NCBI GenBank assembly: GCA_038245795.1
Contig: JBBRSC010000001.1
Coordinates: 1-38,060, forward strand
Direction: 5' to 3'
Source: Acidimicrobiales bacterium
Lineage (GTDB): Bacteria; Actinomycetota; Acidimicrobiia; Acidimicrobiales; Microtrichaceae
DNA: 38,060 bases
Made by a program: the position numbers and the translations under genes. Under the pieces are notes generated by a model that ran no database searches, was not told where the DNA came from, and was given only the letters and a program-made list of their open reading frames with translations. Of the stretch, positions 36,682-38,060 are shown in pieces. Within the stretch, counting starts at the first letter, position 1. Every line of letters starts with the position of its first letter.

Positions 36682-37938
36682 TCAGACGGCGACAGGTGTG
36701 AGCACCGGCGACGGACGAGGGGCCGAGCGGCGTGGTTTGATCACGAAGACCCACAACGCTCCCGACAGGTACACCGACGACAGCGCCGCTTGCGCCATCA
36801 ACGACGGCAGCGTGGGCCAGATGCCGGTGGCCTGGGCCAAGAAGATCGGCAGATTGGGTCCGCCGACCCGCCGATAGTCGATGACATCGGCGCTCTGCAG
36901 GGTGTGCATCGCGTTGCCGAGGAAGGTCACCGAGGTCGCCATCACCAGCGCTACCGCCGTATTCATGAACGTGCGGACGGGGATCTTGCGGCCGAGGCGG
37001 AAGACCACGAACGCCACGCCGGCCAAGGCAACACATGCCAGCCCGACGCCCAGCAGGATGTACGCGCCGAGACCCTGGCCGAACGTCAACAACGATTGAT
37101 AGAACAGCGCGGTCTCGAAGCCCTCGCGGTAGACGGCCGTGAAGCCGACCGCCACCAGCGATGCCGTGGATCCGATCGACACCGCACTCCACAGCCGTGC
37201 CCGCACGAACTCCATCCATCGCTTGTTGTCGAGTCGTGCAATGAGCCAGAACGACACGTAGAAGAGAACGGCGACCGCCACGAGCGCCGTGATGGCTTCC
37301 AGCACCTCGCGGCCGACCGGCAGCAAGGCGAAGAGCGCCGGCATCATGACGACAGTGATGGCCGATGCCACTGCCGCCAGTCCGACCCCGACCAGGATCG
37401 GCTTGATGTACCGCGTGCTCTTGGCGGCTTCGAGGTACCCGAGCAGCACGGACAGCAACAGCACGACTTCGAATCCCTCGCGGAACAGGATGAGGAACGA
37501 CTGACCGGCAACGATGGCTGGCGCTCCGACGCCGGCTTCGGTGAGTTTCCGTTCGGCATCGTCGAGCATCGATCGCAGCACGATGATCTGGTCACGGATT
37601 TCGCCGGTGGGCTTGCCATCCTTGATGAGCTGGCGGATCTCGGCGAACTTGGATTCGCAGTCGATGGTCAGTTTGTTGTCGGCGACGCGGAGTGGAATCT
37701 CCACCTGTTCGAAATGGGAGAGGTATCCGGTCTTGGCTTCAGCGAGCGCACGATCCGCCTCACCGTTCTTCATCAACTCCAGCGTGTCGTCCACCGACCG
37801 ACGTGTTTCGCCGAGCAACTTGATGGCCTGGTCCCTCGAGACGTCGAAGTTGCCCGATGCGCCAGCGGTGCCGCCGAAGGTCATCCACCCAACGGCGATC
37901 AGCAACACCATCGCCAGGAGGCGCCCGATCCTGCTCAT
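36682..37938 (-). CDS. FTR1/EfeU-family iron permease with an N-terminal extracytoplasmic extension
   Basis: Two REXXE motifs (FREGFEVVLLL and YREGFETALFY) in a seven-helix-like body. It is preceded by a signal peptide and a soluble helical segment of about 140 aa. Confidence 0.8.
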   Translation of the reverse strand: MSRIGRLLAMVLLIAVGWMTFGGTAGASGNFDVSRDQAIKLLGETRRSVDDTLELMKNGEADRALAEAKTGYLSHFEQVEIPLRVADNKLTIDCESKFAEIRQLIKDGKPTGEIRDQIIVLRSMLDDAERKLTEAGVGAPAIVAGQSFLILFREGFEVVLLLSVLLGYLEAAKSTRYIKPILVGVGLAAVASAITVVMMPALFALLPVGREVLEAITALVAVAVLFYVSFWLIARLDNKRWMEFVRARLWSAVSIGSTASLVAVGFTAVYREGFETALFYQSLLTFGQGLGAYILLGVGLACVALAGVAFVVFRLGRKIPVRTFMNTAVALVMATSVTFLGNAMHTLQSADVIDYRRVGGPNLPIFLAQATGIWPTLPSLMAQAALSSVYLSGALWVFVIKPRRSAPRPSPVLTPVAV

Positions 37939-38060
37939 GGATTCGCCGCGAGATACGCCGTGGCCCCGGTGGTCAGGTCGACCATCCCGCTGGTGATGCG
38001 GTCCGGGCGGTTCTCTTGGACGCCGAGCTTGATGGCGCCCAACCCGTCCTCCATCTGCAG
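37935..38060 (-). CDS. C-terminal fragment of an unidentified protein, translationally coupled to the FTR1 gene
   Basis: Frame is open from the window edge (LQMEDGLGAIKLGVQENRPDRITSGMVDLTTGATAYLAANP*). High third-position GC. The TGA overlaps the FTR1 ATG (ATGA). The ORF is too short to appear in the ORF track. Confidence 0.45.
   Translation of the reverse strand: MQMEDGLGAIKLGVQENRPDRITSGMVDLTTGATAYLAANP

Noticed and set aside
477-37219. Many long ORFs antisense to, or out of frame with, the called genes (for example 477-1238, 1555-2343, 3860-4435, 8110-8877, 20736-21533, 22483-23583, 25053-26156, 30350-31324, 30723-31682, 34290-35189, 36599-37219)
   Set aside because: These are typical shadow ORFs of GC-rich DNA. 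They are Arg/Pro/Gly/Ala-rich with no recognisable motifs, and each is fully covered by a motif-supported gene.
1-38060. Looked for CRISPR arrays, tRNA/rRNA genes, transposase/integrase genes, terminal inverted repeats and phage-like or defence-like genes
   Set aside because: None was recognisable. There are no spaced direct-repeat arrays. No ORF has transposase, integrase, nuclease or helicase defence-type motifs. The only compositional islands are short AT-rich promoter gaps.

Overview
High-GC, Actinomycetota-like chromosomal window, densely coded, with many 4-nt ATGA/GTGA start/stop overlaps. I saw no rRNA, tRNA, CRISPR array or mobile element. All product calls come from motif recognition by eye; no searches were run. 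(1) Positions 1-19721 form an N-heterocycle (purine/pterin-like) catabolic island. It holds two molybdenum hydroxylases (one cut by the window edge, one complete FAD/2Fe-2S/Mo operon) and five amidohydrolase-superfamily genes: SsnA-like, adenosine deaminase, two 8-oxoguanine-deaminase-like genes and a COG3964-like gene. It also holds a diaminopropionate-ammonia-lyase-like PLP enzyme, an LLM oxidoreductase, a divergent Rieske/PhyH oxygenase pair, an esterase and an NMT1/THI5-type ABC importer. (2) Positions 19742-23694 (minus strand) are a tightly coupled operon of an amidohydrolase plus three different non-haem-iron oxygenases: TauD-like, ferritin-like diiron and IPNS-like 2OG. It is divergent from a 1215-aa fused ABC exporter with one degenerate ATP site. 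This is the best candidate for an undescribed small-molecule system. (3) Positions 27626-34153 (minus strand) encode a wHTH regulator, a single-ORF PurK-PurE fusion, then dabB-dabA (DAB/MpsAB-type CO2-to-bicarbonate pump with an intact Zn site). A P-II-like gene is translationally coupled to dabA, and the unit ends in a 22-bp hairpin. (4) Positions 34210-38060 (minus strand) encode an FTR1/EfeU-type iron permease with an N-terminal extension, a lone hydantoinase/oxoprolinase-A-like gene and a small membrane-anchored protein. A 13-nt motif, ACAGT-N2-GTTGAA, recurs in the intergenic promoter regions, and several operon heads have leaderless-type promoter geometry.
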